From Neisseria sp. (GTDB lineage Bacteria; Pseudomonadota; Gammaproteobacteria; Burkholderiales; Neisseriaceae): a stretch of 49,586 nt of DNA. The notes under the pieces were generated by a model that had not been told where the DNA came from, did not search any database, and was given only the letters and a program-made list of their open reading frames with translations. The position numbers and the translations under genes are program-made. Shown here piece after piece: positions 41,793-49,586 of the stretch; positions within the stretch are counted from its first letter, which is position 1, and every line of letters starts with the position of its first letter. The stretch lies in NCBI GenBank assembly GCA_030530545.1, contig JAUMUU010000001.1, positions 4,164-53,749 of the forward strand, given 5' to 3'.

Positions 41793-43144
41793 TTCTCTAC
41801 CTGCTGCTCACCCTGCCGGCCTTCATTGCCGCCATTTTAATCCTTGTCGGCCTGCACGAATTCGGCCATTATCTGGCCGCCCGCCTGTGCGGCATCAAAG
41901 TGCTGCGCTTCTCCATAGGCATGGGCAAACCCTTCTACAGCAAAAAACGCGGCGATACCGAATGGTGTCTGGCCCCCATCCCCTTGGGCGGTTATGTGAA
42001 AATGGTGGATACCCGCGAGGGCGAAGTGTCCGAGGCCGACCTGCCCTATGCCTTTGACAAACAGCATCCGGCCAAAAAAATCGCCGTGGTCGCGGCAGGC
42101 CCACTGACCAACCTGGCCCTGGCCGTCCTACTCTACGGCCTGAGCTTCTCCTTCGGCGTAACCGAACTCAAACCCTATATCGGCACGGTAGAGCCCGGCA
42201 GCATAGCCGCCCATGCCGGCTTTAGGGACGGCGACAGGGTAAACAGCGTGAACGGCAAGCCCGTGGCCAACTGGAGCGACCTGCAAACCGGCATCGTATT
42301 GGACCTGGAAGCTGGCAGCGTCAATGTGGACGTTACCACCGCCGAGGGTGAAAACGCCGTGCGCCGCATCAACATCGCCGGCACGCGCGAGGCGGCGGCC
42401 GTCCCTTTGAAGAGGGGCTATATCGGCCTGATGCCCTACCGCCTGACCAACACCGTGGCGGCAGTCGAGCCCGACAGCCCTGCTGCTGCAGCCGGTTTGA
42501 AAAAAGGCGATACAATATTGGCCGCAGACGGCAAAAAAATCACCAACGCATTCGAATGGGTGGAGCTGGTCAAAAACAACCCCGGGCAGAAAATCCAACT
42601 GACTTACTCGCGAGACGGTAAAATCCGGACGGTTGCCGTCCGCCCCGATTCCGAAACGCAGCCGGACGGCACATTGACCGGCAAAATCGGGCTGGCCACC
42701 TCCACGGACCGGGTCTGGGACGAGAAAATCCGCCACCGATACCGGCCCACCCTGCCCCAGGCCTTCAAAATGGGTTGGGACAAAACCGCCGACTACACCG
42801 TGCTGACCCTGAAATTCTTCGGCCGCCTCCTGACCGGCCAGGCATCGGTTCGGCACGTTTCCGGCCCGATTACCATAGCCGAGGCCGCCGGCAAAAGCGC
42901 GCTGCTGGGCTGGCAGCCCTATCTCGAATTTCTGGCGCTGATCAGCCTGAGCCTGGGCGTGATGAACTTTTTGCCCATACCGGTATTGGACGGAGGCCAC
43001 CTGGTGTTTTACACGGCCGAATGGCTGCGCGGCAGGCCTTTGGGCGAACGCGCGCAAAACATCAGCCTGCGTATCGGCGTGGCACTGATGCTGATGCTGA
43101 TGTTATTGGCATTTTTTAACGACATTACCCGCCTGTTGGCATAA
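41789..43144 (+). CDS. rseP: RIP metalloprotease RseP
   Basis: HEFGH, two PDZ domains, [11 protein letters not shown]. Confidence 0.97.
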   Translation: MILYLLLTLPAFIAAILILVGLHEFGHYLAARLCGIKVLRFSIGMGKPFYSKKRGDTEWCLAPIPLGGYVKMVDTREGEVSEADLPYAFDKQHPAKKIAVVAAGPLTNLALAVLLYGLSFSFGVTELKPYIGTVEPGSIAAHAGFRDGDRVNSVNGKPVANWSDLQTGIVLDLEAGSVNVDVTTAEGENAVRRINIAGTREAAAVPLKRGYIGLMPYRLTNTVAAVEPDSPAAAAGLKKGDTILAADGKKITNAFEWVELVKNNPGQKIQLTYSRDGKIRTVAVRPDSETQPDGTLTGKIGLATSTDRVWDEKIRHRYRPTLPQAFKMGWDKTADYTVLTLKFFGRLLTGQASVRHVSGPITIAEAAGKSALLGWQPYLEFLALISLSLGVMNFLPIPVLDGGHLVFYTAEWLRGRPLGERAQNISLRIGVALMLMLMLLAFFNDITRLLA

Positions 43145-43207
43145 CAGCCCAACCCTTACCCTAACGCCGCCTCCAAGGGCGGGGTTCCAACCATTAAGGA
43201 AGTTTTG

Positions 43208-45622
43208 ATGAAACTGAAAAAACTGACCCTGACGCTGATTGCATTGGGCATATCGCTGCCCGCATGGGCCGACTTCACCATCCGCGACATCCGCGTCGAA
43301 GGCCTGCAGCACACCGAGCCGGCCACCGTCTTCACCTATCTGCCCATCAAGGTGGGCGACACCTTCCGCGACGGGCAGGCGCAGGAAATCATCCAAAGCC
43401 TGTACGAAACCGGCCTGTTTGACGATGTGCGCGTGGAAAGCATGGGCGACCAGGTGCTGCTGACCGTGGTCGAGCGTCCGATTATCAGCAACCTGACCGT
43501 TACCGGCGGCAAGCTGATTCAAAACGACGCCATCAAGAAAAATCTGGATGCCTTCGGCCTGGGGCAGTCGCGCCCCTTCAATCAAAACAGGTTGAACGAA
43601 GCCGTCATAGGCTTGAAGGAAGAATATCAAAAACAAGGCAAATATTCGGTACAGGTCAATCCCTCCATCACCCGGCTGGCGCGCAACCGCGTGGCCATAG
43701 AGTTGAAGATAGACGAGGGTGCGACCACCACCATCAACGATATCGAATTTGAGGGCAACCGCCATTACTCTTCGCGCAAACTCCGCAACCAGATGTCCCT
43801 GAGCGAAGGGGGGATGTTTACCTGGCTGACCAAAAGCAACCGTTTCAACCCCGAAAAATTCACCCAGGACTTGGAACGCATCAGCGATTTTTACCAAAAC
43901 AACGGTTATTTCGACTTCCGCATCGTCAATACCGATGTGCAGATGAGCAGCGACCAGAAACACCAGACTTTGAAAGTAACCGTTTCCGAGGGCGAACGCT
44001 ACCGCTGGGGCAAGGTCCGCATAGAGGGCGACACCCGGGAAGTGCCCAAAGAGGAATTGTACAAACACTTGGATATGAAGGAAGGCAAATGGTACGACCG
44101 CGCCCTGATGGTCAAGAGTTTGGAAAAGATGCAAAACACCATGGGCAGCGCGGGCTATGCGTTTAGCGAAATCAACGTCGTCCCCCAACCCAACCCCGCC
44201 ACCCATACGGTGGACTTCGTATTGCAGGTCGAACCCAACCGCAAGGTTTATGTCAATAAAATCAATATTTCGGGCAATAATAAAACCCGCGACGAAGTCG
44301 TGCGCCGCGAACTGCGCCAAATGGAGGCCGCGCCTTATGATGTTTCCAAGCTGCAGCGTTCCAAAGAAAGGGTGGAAACGCTGGGCTATTTTGACGATGT
44401 GAAATTCGATGCCCGCCCCGTGGCCGGTACGCCCGACCAGGTGGACATAGACATGAGTGTCAATGAACGCGCCACAGGTTCTTTGGATATGAGCGCGGGC
44501 TGGGTGCAGGATACCGGCCTGGTGATGTCGCTGGGCGTGGCGCAGGATAATTTGTTCGGCACGGGTAAGTCGGTTTCGGCCCGCGTGTCGCGCAGTAAGA
44601 CCACCCGCAATGCCTCGCTGTCCTTCACCGACCCTTATTTCACCGCAGACGGGGTCAGCCTGGGCTATGATGTGTACGGCAAGGTTTACGACCCGCGCAA
44701 ATCGTCTTCCAGCACGGGTAATTCGCAATACAAAACCACCAATATCGGCGCAGGCCTGCGCATGGGTGTTCCGGTTACCGAATACGACCGCGTCAATTTC
44801 GGCCTGGGCGCGGAACATATGAAGGTGGAAACCTTTGCCGGCGCACCCAAGCGTTACCGCGAGTTTATTTCCAAATACGGCAAAAACTACGATGCCTCCA
44901 CCGGCGCGGGCAAATTCGACGGCTGGGTCATCAAGGGTTCTGTGGGCTGGGGGCGCAATAAGACGGATAGCGCGTTGTGGCCGACACGCGGCTATACTAT
45001 AGATGCCAATGTGGACGGCGGCCTGCCCGGCGGTGATTTGCAATATTACAGCCTGACCCACAACCAAAAATGGTTCTTCCCGCTGAGTAAGGATTTTACC
45101 CTGATGCTGGGCGGCTCGGTCGGCTATGCCAACGGCTACGGCAAAACCAAGGAATTGCCGTTCTTTGAAAATTTCTACGGCGGCGGCCTGGGCTCGGTGC
45201 GCGGTTATGAAAGCAGTACGCTGGGACCCAAGGTTTATGACCAATACGGCGACCGCATCAGTTACGGCGGCAACCGGATGTTGTCGGGTACGGCGGAGCT
45301 GCTGTTCCCCTTCCCCGGCATCAAGGACAGCCGCAGCGTGCGTTTGAGCCTGTTTGCCGATGCGGGCAGCGTGTGGGATAACAAAACCTATACCGACAGC
45401 GACAATGATGCCTATTATACCAACGGCGCAACCCAAAACGTTTACGGCCTGGGCAGCAGCCACAAATCGACCTTTAAGGAAGAATTGCGCTACTCGGCCG
45501 GCGCGGCCGTAACCTGGCTCTCGCCGCTTGGCCCCATGAAATTCAGTTATGCTTATCCGATTAAGAAAAAATCAACCGATGAAATCCAACGCTTCCAATT
45601 CCAACTGGGTACGACATTCTAA
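43208..45622 (+). CDS. bamA: Outer membrane protein assembly factor BamA (Omp85)
   Basis: POTRA repeats, VRGY, C-terminal FQFQLGTTF. Confidence 0.98.
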   Translation: MKLKKLTLTLIALGISLPAWADFTIRDIRVEGLQHTEPATVFTYLPIKVGDTFRDGQAQEIIQSLYETGLFDDVRVESMGDQVLLTVVERPIISNLTVTGGKLIQNDAIKKNLDAFGLGQSRPFNQNRLNEAVIGLKEEYQKQGKYSVQVNPSITRLARNRVAIELKIDEGATTTINDIEFEGNRHYSSRKLRNQMSLSEGGMFTWLTKSNRFNPEKFTQDLERISDFYQNNGYFDFRIVNTDVQMSSDQKHQTLKVTVSEGERYRWGKVRIEGDTREVPKEELYKHLDMKEGKWYDRALMVKSLEKMQNTMGSAGYAFSEINVVPQPNPATHTVDFVLQVEPNRKVYVNKINISGNNKTRDEVVRRELRQMEAAPYDVSKLQRSKERVETLGYFDDVKFDARPVAGTPDQVDIDMSVNERATGSLDMSAGWVQDTGLVMSLGVAQDNLFGTGKSVSARVSRSKTTRNASLSFTDPYFTADGVSLGYDVYGKVYDPRKSSSSTGNSQYKTTNIGAGLRMGVPVTEYDRVNFGLGAEHMKVETFAGAPKRYREFISKYGKNYDASTGAGKFDGWVIKGSVGWGRNKTDSALWPTRGYTIDANVDGGLPGGDLQYYSLTHNQKWFFPLSKDFTLMLGGSVGYANGYGKTKELPFFENFYGGGLGSVRGYESSTLGPKVYDQYGDRISYGGNRMLSGTAELLFPFPGIKDSRSVRLSLFADAGSVWDNKTYTDSDNDAYYTNGATQNVYGLGSSHKSTFKEELRYSAGAAVTWLSPLGPMKFSYAYPIKKKSTDEIQRFQFQLGTTF

Positions 45623-45643
45623 ACTGCTATGCCAGGGAGTAGT

Positions 45644-46147
45644 ATGATGTCCGGATTATCCTATGCCAAACTTTGTGCGGCGGCGGTTGCGGCCGCCTGC
45701 CTGGCCGCGCCCGTAACCGCCGCCCGCATCCAAAAGCTCGGCTTCATCGATGTCGAACGCGTTTACCGCGAGTCCAAACAGGCGCAAAACATCCAGAAAA
45801 TGTTGGAGGCGGAATTTGCCGACCGCCAGCGGCAACTGGAAAAAATGCAGCAGGAAAGCCTGGATTTGGGCAGCCGGGCAGCCGCCGAAAAACCCGGCAA
45901 AGCCCGCGACGCGCTGATTGAGAAACTCAACCGCCTCAACAGCAGGCTGCGTATCGAACAGGCCAAGTTGTCGGAGGAATATGATTTGCGCCGCAATGAG
46001 GAGTTTGCCGCCCTGCAGAATAATGCCGACCAGGTAATGATAGAATTGGCCAAAAAGGGCGGTTATGACTTGATTGTGCATGATGTCATCTATATTGATG
46101 CGAAATTCGACATTACCGATCAGGTCATCCGCGAAATGAACCGCTGA
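45644..46147 (+). CDS. skp: Skp/OmpH periplasmic chaperone
   Basis: KLGFIDVERV, coiled coil, GYDLI, DITDQVI; lies between bamA and lpxD. Confidence 0.92.
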   Translation: MMSGLSYAKLCAAAVAAACLAAPVTAARIQKLGFIDVERVYRESKQAQNIQKMLEAEFADRQRQLEKMQQESLDLGSRAAAEKPGKARDALIEKLNRLNSRLRIEQAKLSEEYDLRRNEEFAALQNNADQVMIELAKKGGYDLIVHDVIYIDAKFDITDQVIREMNR

Positions 46148-46151
46148 TGAG

Positions 46152-46188
46152 GTTTTCAGACGGCCGGCAAAAAAAGCCGTCTGAAACC
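46152..46188. repeat. Outward-facing DUS pair between skp and lpxD
   Basis: TTCAGACGGC (46155-46164) ... GCCGTCTGAA (46176-46185). Confidence 0.85.
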
Positions 46189-46303
46189 CATTTTGCCTTT
46201 TTCGCAGTCCGCTTCGGCAAAATGCGGTTTTTTACGGCAAACCGTATCGGGCGCATTGTCGGCCTTGCGGGCAGGCTGCCGATTTTCCACATACCGTGAA
46301 ACC

Positions 46304-47356
46304 ATGACAGTCCAACCATACACCCTATCCCAAATCGCGGCCGAACTCGGCGGCGAAGTGCGCGGCGAAGACATCAGCGTCTGCGCCGTGCGGCCGCTGG
46401 ATTCGGCCGGTGCGCAACACATAGCCTTTCTGGCCAATCCGAAATACAAACACGAAGTGCACGACAGCCGCGCGGGCGCGGTCATCGTGTCGCCCAAAGC
46501 GGCGGACGAATTTGCCGGCCGCAGCCTGATTGTTGCCGCCGACCCCTATCTCTATTTCGCCAAGGTTGCGCGCCTGTTTTCGCCCGCCGCCAAAGCGAAG
46601 GGCGGCATCCATCCGACCGCCGTGGTAGAAGAAAGTGCCAAAGTGCCCGCCAGTTGCGAAATCGGCGCAAACGCCTACATAGGCGCGAATACCGTATTGG
46701 GCGAAGGCTGCCGCATTCTGGCCAATGCCGTGGTCGAACACGACTGCACCTTGGGCGACGAAACCGTGCTGCACCCCAACGCCGTGGTTTACTACGGCTG
46801 CACGCTGGGCAGGCGCGTCGAAATCCACAGCGGCGCGGTAATAGGCGCGGACGGTTTCGGCCTTGCCTTCGCCGGCGATTCGTGGTTCAAAATCCCGCAA
46901 ACCGGCGCGGTAACGTTGGGCGACGATGTGGAAATCGGCTCCAACACCAATATAGACCGGGGGGCGATGAGCGACACCACCGTCGGCAACGGCACCAAAA
47001 TCGACAATCAGGTACAAATCGGCCACAACTGCAAAATCGGCAGCCATACCGTCATCGCCGCCAAAACCGGCATTTCCGGCAGCGTTACCATAGGCAGTTA
47101 CTGCATCATAGGCGGCGGCGTCGGCACGGTCGGCCATATAGCAATCGCCGACAAAACCACCATAGGCGGCGGCACGTCCGTTACCCACAGCATCACCGAA
47201 AGCGGACGGCACGTTGCCGGCATCTTCCCGATGTCGTCCTACAAAGAATGGGCGCGCAACGCCGTCCACATACACAGGCTGCATGAAACCGCCAAGCGCA
47301 TCAAACAACTAGAACAAGAACTGGACGGACTGAAAGCACAGCTTCAACAAAGTTAA
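46304..47356 (+). CDS. lpxD: UDP-3-O-acylglucosamine N-acyltransferase
   Basis: FLANPKY, hexapeptide repeats, [15 protein letters not shown]. Confidence 0.97.
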   Translation: MTVQPYTLSQIAAELGGEVRGEDISVCAVRPLDSAGAQHIAFLANPKYKHEVHDSRAGAVIVSPKAADEFAGRSLIVAADPYLYFAKVARLFSPAAKAKGGIHPTAVVEESAKVPASCEIGANAYIGANTVLGEGCRILANAVVEHDCTLGDETVLHPNAVVYYGCTLGRRVEIHSGAVIGADGFGLAFAGDSWFKIPQTGAVTLGDDVEIGSNTNIDRGAMSDTTVGNGTKIDNQVQIGHNCKIGSHTVIAAKTGISGSVTIGSYCIIGGGVGTVGHIAIADKTTIGGGTSVTHSITESGRHVAGIFPMSSYKEWARNAVHIHRLHETAKRIKQLEQELDGLKAQLQQS

Positions 47357-47409
47357 AACAATCATGGCGAATTTCGCCGACACCACCCGAACCGACAAGG
47401 ACAATAACA

Positions 47410-47874
47410 ATGGAAATCAAATTACCCATAGAAGCCCGGGAAATCCAAAACTTCCTGCCCCACCGCTTCCCCTTCCTGCTGCTGGACCGCATTACCGCCG
47501 CCGAGCCGGGCAAATCACTGACCGCGATAAAAAACGTAACCTTCAACGAACCCTTTTTCCAAGGCCACTTCCCCGAATCGCCCGTGATGCCGGGCGTATT
47601 GATTATCGAAGCCATGGCGCAGGCCTGCGGCGTATTGGCCGTATTGTCGCAGGGCGGAAACCAGCGGCGCGAAGGCGAAATCACCCTGTTTGCCGGACTG
47701 GACAACGTGCGCTTCAAACGCCAGGTCATACCCGGCGACCGCTTGGAATTCCAAGTCGAACTCTTGGCGCACAAACGCGGCATAGGCAAATTCAACGCCG
47801 CCGCCAAAGTAGAGGGCGAATTGGCCTGCGAAGCCACCATCATGTGCGCCCAGCGCATAGTTGAAAAAAACTGA
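47410..47874 (+). CDS. fabZ: 3-hydroxyacyl-ACP dehydratase
   Basis: [29 protein letters not shown]. Confidence 0.98.
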   Translation: MEIKLPIEAREIQNFLPHRFPFLLLDRITAAEPGKSLTAIKNVTFNEPFFQGHFPESPVMPGVLIIEAMAQACGVLAVLSQGGNQRREGEITLFAGLDNVRFKRQVIPGDRLEFQVELLAHKRGIGKFNAAAKVEGELACEATIMCAQRIVEKN

Positions 47875-47892
47875 CGGTTTGAAGGAAATGCC

Positions 47893-48207
47893 GTGAACTG
47901 CCCGCGCTGCACGGACCTTGCCCCGCGCATACGCATAGACAGCCCGAAAAAACTGGCCGAAATGATGCGCCGTGCCGACCGGGCTTGTTCCCAAGGCATA
48001 TTGGCCGATGTCGGGGATGCTTTGGATGACGACTGGAGTATTTCACTGACGGAATGCCGCCAACCCGATTCCCCATACGGTTACACTTGGCCGGACATCG
48101 TTTCCCTGTATTTCGCCTGTACGCACTGCGGGCAAATGTTTCACCTGAACGCCGAGACCTACCACGGCGGCGGGGGATGCTGGGAACAGATTCCGAGGAA
48201 AACCTGA
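47893..48207 (+). CDS. Hypothetical protein with two CxxC motifs
   Basis: CPRC and CTHC; AAGGA RBS before the GTG start. Confidence 0.75.
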   Translation: MNCPRCTDLAPRIRIDSPKKLAEMMRRADRACSQGILADVGDALDDDWSISLTECRQPDSPYGYTWPDIVSLYFACTHCGQMFHLNAETYHGGGGCWEQIPRKT

Positions 48208-48342
48208 TGTTTCAACACACAGGGCCGCACATAAGGCACAGCCCTGTGTGTTGCCCTGATTTGGAAGGGGTTACGCCCCTCCCAAACAAACCCAAATTCT
48301 ACCGCCCTGAAGGCCGGGATTTCAACCATTAGGGAAATCTTG

Positions 48343-48906
48343 ATGAAAAGCACCCTGATTGCCTGCCTGTTGGCCGTATCGCCCCTTCCTGCCGCCACTG
48401 CCGGCTGGTACATCCCCAAAGCCACGCCCATGAGCCACAGCCATTACGACAAACAAACCGATACCCATGTTTTTCGCGGCCGTATGCGTTTAAACGGCAA
48501 GCTGATAGTCCGTTGGGACAGCGTGGACGATGAAAAATACCTGGATTTCCGCTTCCAACCCGATACCGCCAGCCGGCGCAGGCTGCCCTTCATCCCCGAT
48601 GCCTACCACAAGCAAGACATAGAAATCCAATTATCTTCCAAAAGCTATCAAGACGGACGGAAAGACGGATGGCCCATGACGGAAGACCGGCAAAACCTGA
48701 TACGCCTTATCCGCCAAAAATTCCCCGACATCCCCGCCGGCTTTTGGACAGCGGGCCGGGGCGGCTTCACCCGCCCAGCCACCTTGGACATAAGCGAATT
48801 TTGGATGTTTGTGGAATGCGACAAACGCAACTACCACGCAACGGTAAGCAACATCACCCCCAAAGGCGCGCACAGCCGCAAAGCCCCCGAGGGAAGCGGC
48901 TGTTAG
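48343..48906 (+). CDS. Hypothetical exported protein
   Basis: RBS and signal peptide; 187 aa ORF. Confidence 0.75.
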   Translation: MKSTLIACLLAVSPLPAATAGWYIPKATPMSHSHYDKQTDTHVFRGRMRLNGKLIVRWDSVDDEKYLDFRFQPDTASRRRLPFIPDAYHKQDIEIQLSSKSYQDGRKDGWPMTEDRQNLIRLIRQKFPDIPAGFWTAGRGGFTRPATLDISEFWMFVECDKRNYHATVSNITPKGAHSRKAPEGSGC

Positions 48907-49034
48907 GTTGCGGCACAATCCTTGAACCGTCTGAAACATTGTTCCCCAACCCCGCCCTATATAAGCGTAAAGAAAATTATTTTAAATTTACAATAACTTA
49001 AACTTACCTTTATCCCAAGTACGCGTTATAACGT

Positions 49035-49139
49035 TATAGTGGATGAACAAAAATCAGGACAAGGCGACTAAGCCGCAGACAGTACAGATAGTACGGCAAG
49101 GCTAGGCAACGCTGTACTGGTTTTTGTTAATTCACTATA
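49035..49139. mobile_element. Correia element, 105 bp form
   Basis: TATAGTGGATGAACAAAAATCAGGACAAGGCGAC...TTTTTGTTAATTCACTATA. Confidence 0.95.
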
Positions 49140-49263
49140 TATTGGCGGCAGGTTAGATTTGAATCAGGACAAACGGGACAACCTTACAGGCATTTTTTAT
49201 CAAATCGCCCGTTCCCCCTAATATTTAAAATTAAGCCGCTATATAAGGCAAGAAAGGAAAAAT

Positions 49264-49586
49264 ATGCCCCTTATCCACCCGAGTGCCGTCATAGACCCCA
49301 AGGCCGAACTGGATTCCGGCGTCAAGGTCGGCGCGTACACCGTCATAGGGCCGGATGTCAAAATCGGCGCGAACACCGAAATCGGCCCGCATACCGTCAT
49401 CAAAGGCCACACCACCATAGGCGAAGACAACCACATTTTCCAATTCGCCAGCCTGGGCGAAATCCCGCAGGACAAAAAATACGGCGGCGAACCGACCCGC
49501 CTCACCATAGGCAAGGGCAACACCATACGCGAGTTCACCACCTTCAACTTAGGCACGGTAACCGGCATAGGCGAAACCCGCATAGG
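49264..49586 (+). CDS. lpxA: UDP-N-acetylglucosamine acyltransferase (partial, runs off the window)
   Basis: Hand translation: [14 protein letters not shown]...[13 protein letters not shown]...[11 protein letters not shown]. Confidence 0.97.
   Translation, partial: MPLIHPSAVIDPKAELDSGVKVGAYTVIGPDVKIGANTEIGPHTVIKGHTTIGEDNHIFQFASLGEIPQDKKYGGEPTRLTIGKGNTIREFTTFNLGTVTGIGETRI

Noticed and set aside
43103-45463. 786-aa antisense ORF over bamA, and similar long antisense ORFs over miaB, pilU, cdsA and lpxD
   Set aside because: Expected from codon bias in GC-rich genes; no recognisable motifs
48290-48325. IS200/IS605-like end hairpin
   Set aside because: No tnpA/tnpB nearby, and the longer match to the bamA leader explains it better
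1-49586. CRISPR arrays, tRNA/rRNA genes, transposases, integrases
   Set aside because: None seen; intergenic gaps are short and accounted for by DUS, terminators or MITEs

Overview
Core-genome window of a Neisseria-like betaproteobacterium (Neisseriaceae). The evidence is GCCGTCTGAA DNA uptake sequences, mostly the AGGCCGTCTGAA dialect, plus Correia elements and a dRS3-like repeat. In order it holds: the rne 3' end, NADAR-rlmH, Nif3, petABC, sspAB, dksA, proC, pilT-pilU, mltA-grxC-secB, a TonB-C gene with an orphan AlgR-like LytTR regulator, miaB, the AT-rich alpha/spc/S10 ribosomal cluster (starting at rplC, no rpsJ), fba, a solitary flavin halogenase-like gene, and the pyrH-frr-uppS-cdsA-dxr-rseP-bamA-skp-lpxD-fabZ-lpxA cluster interspersed with accessory genes. 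The five most notable observations are: (1) AlgR-consensus boxes upstream of a stand-alone TonB-C gene beside a kinase-less AlgR-like regulator; (2) an accessory gene that appears to carry a copy of the bamA 5' leader and signal-peptide region; (3) cytochrome b with an apparent duplicated C-terminal helix pair; (4) a second Correia-like MITE family with a nested insertion; (5) a DUS-free, AT-drifted ribosomal cluster. All calls were made by eye and from recalled family knowledge; no searches were run.
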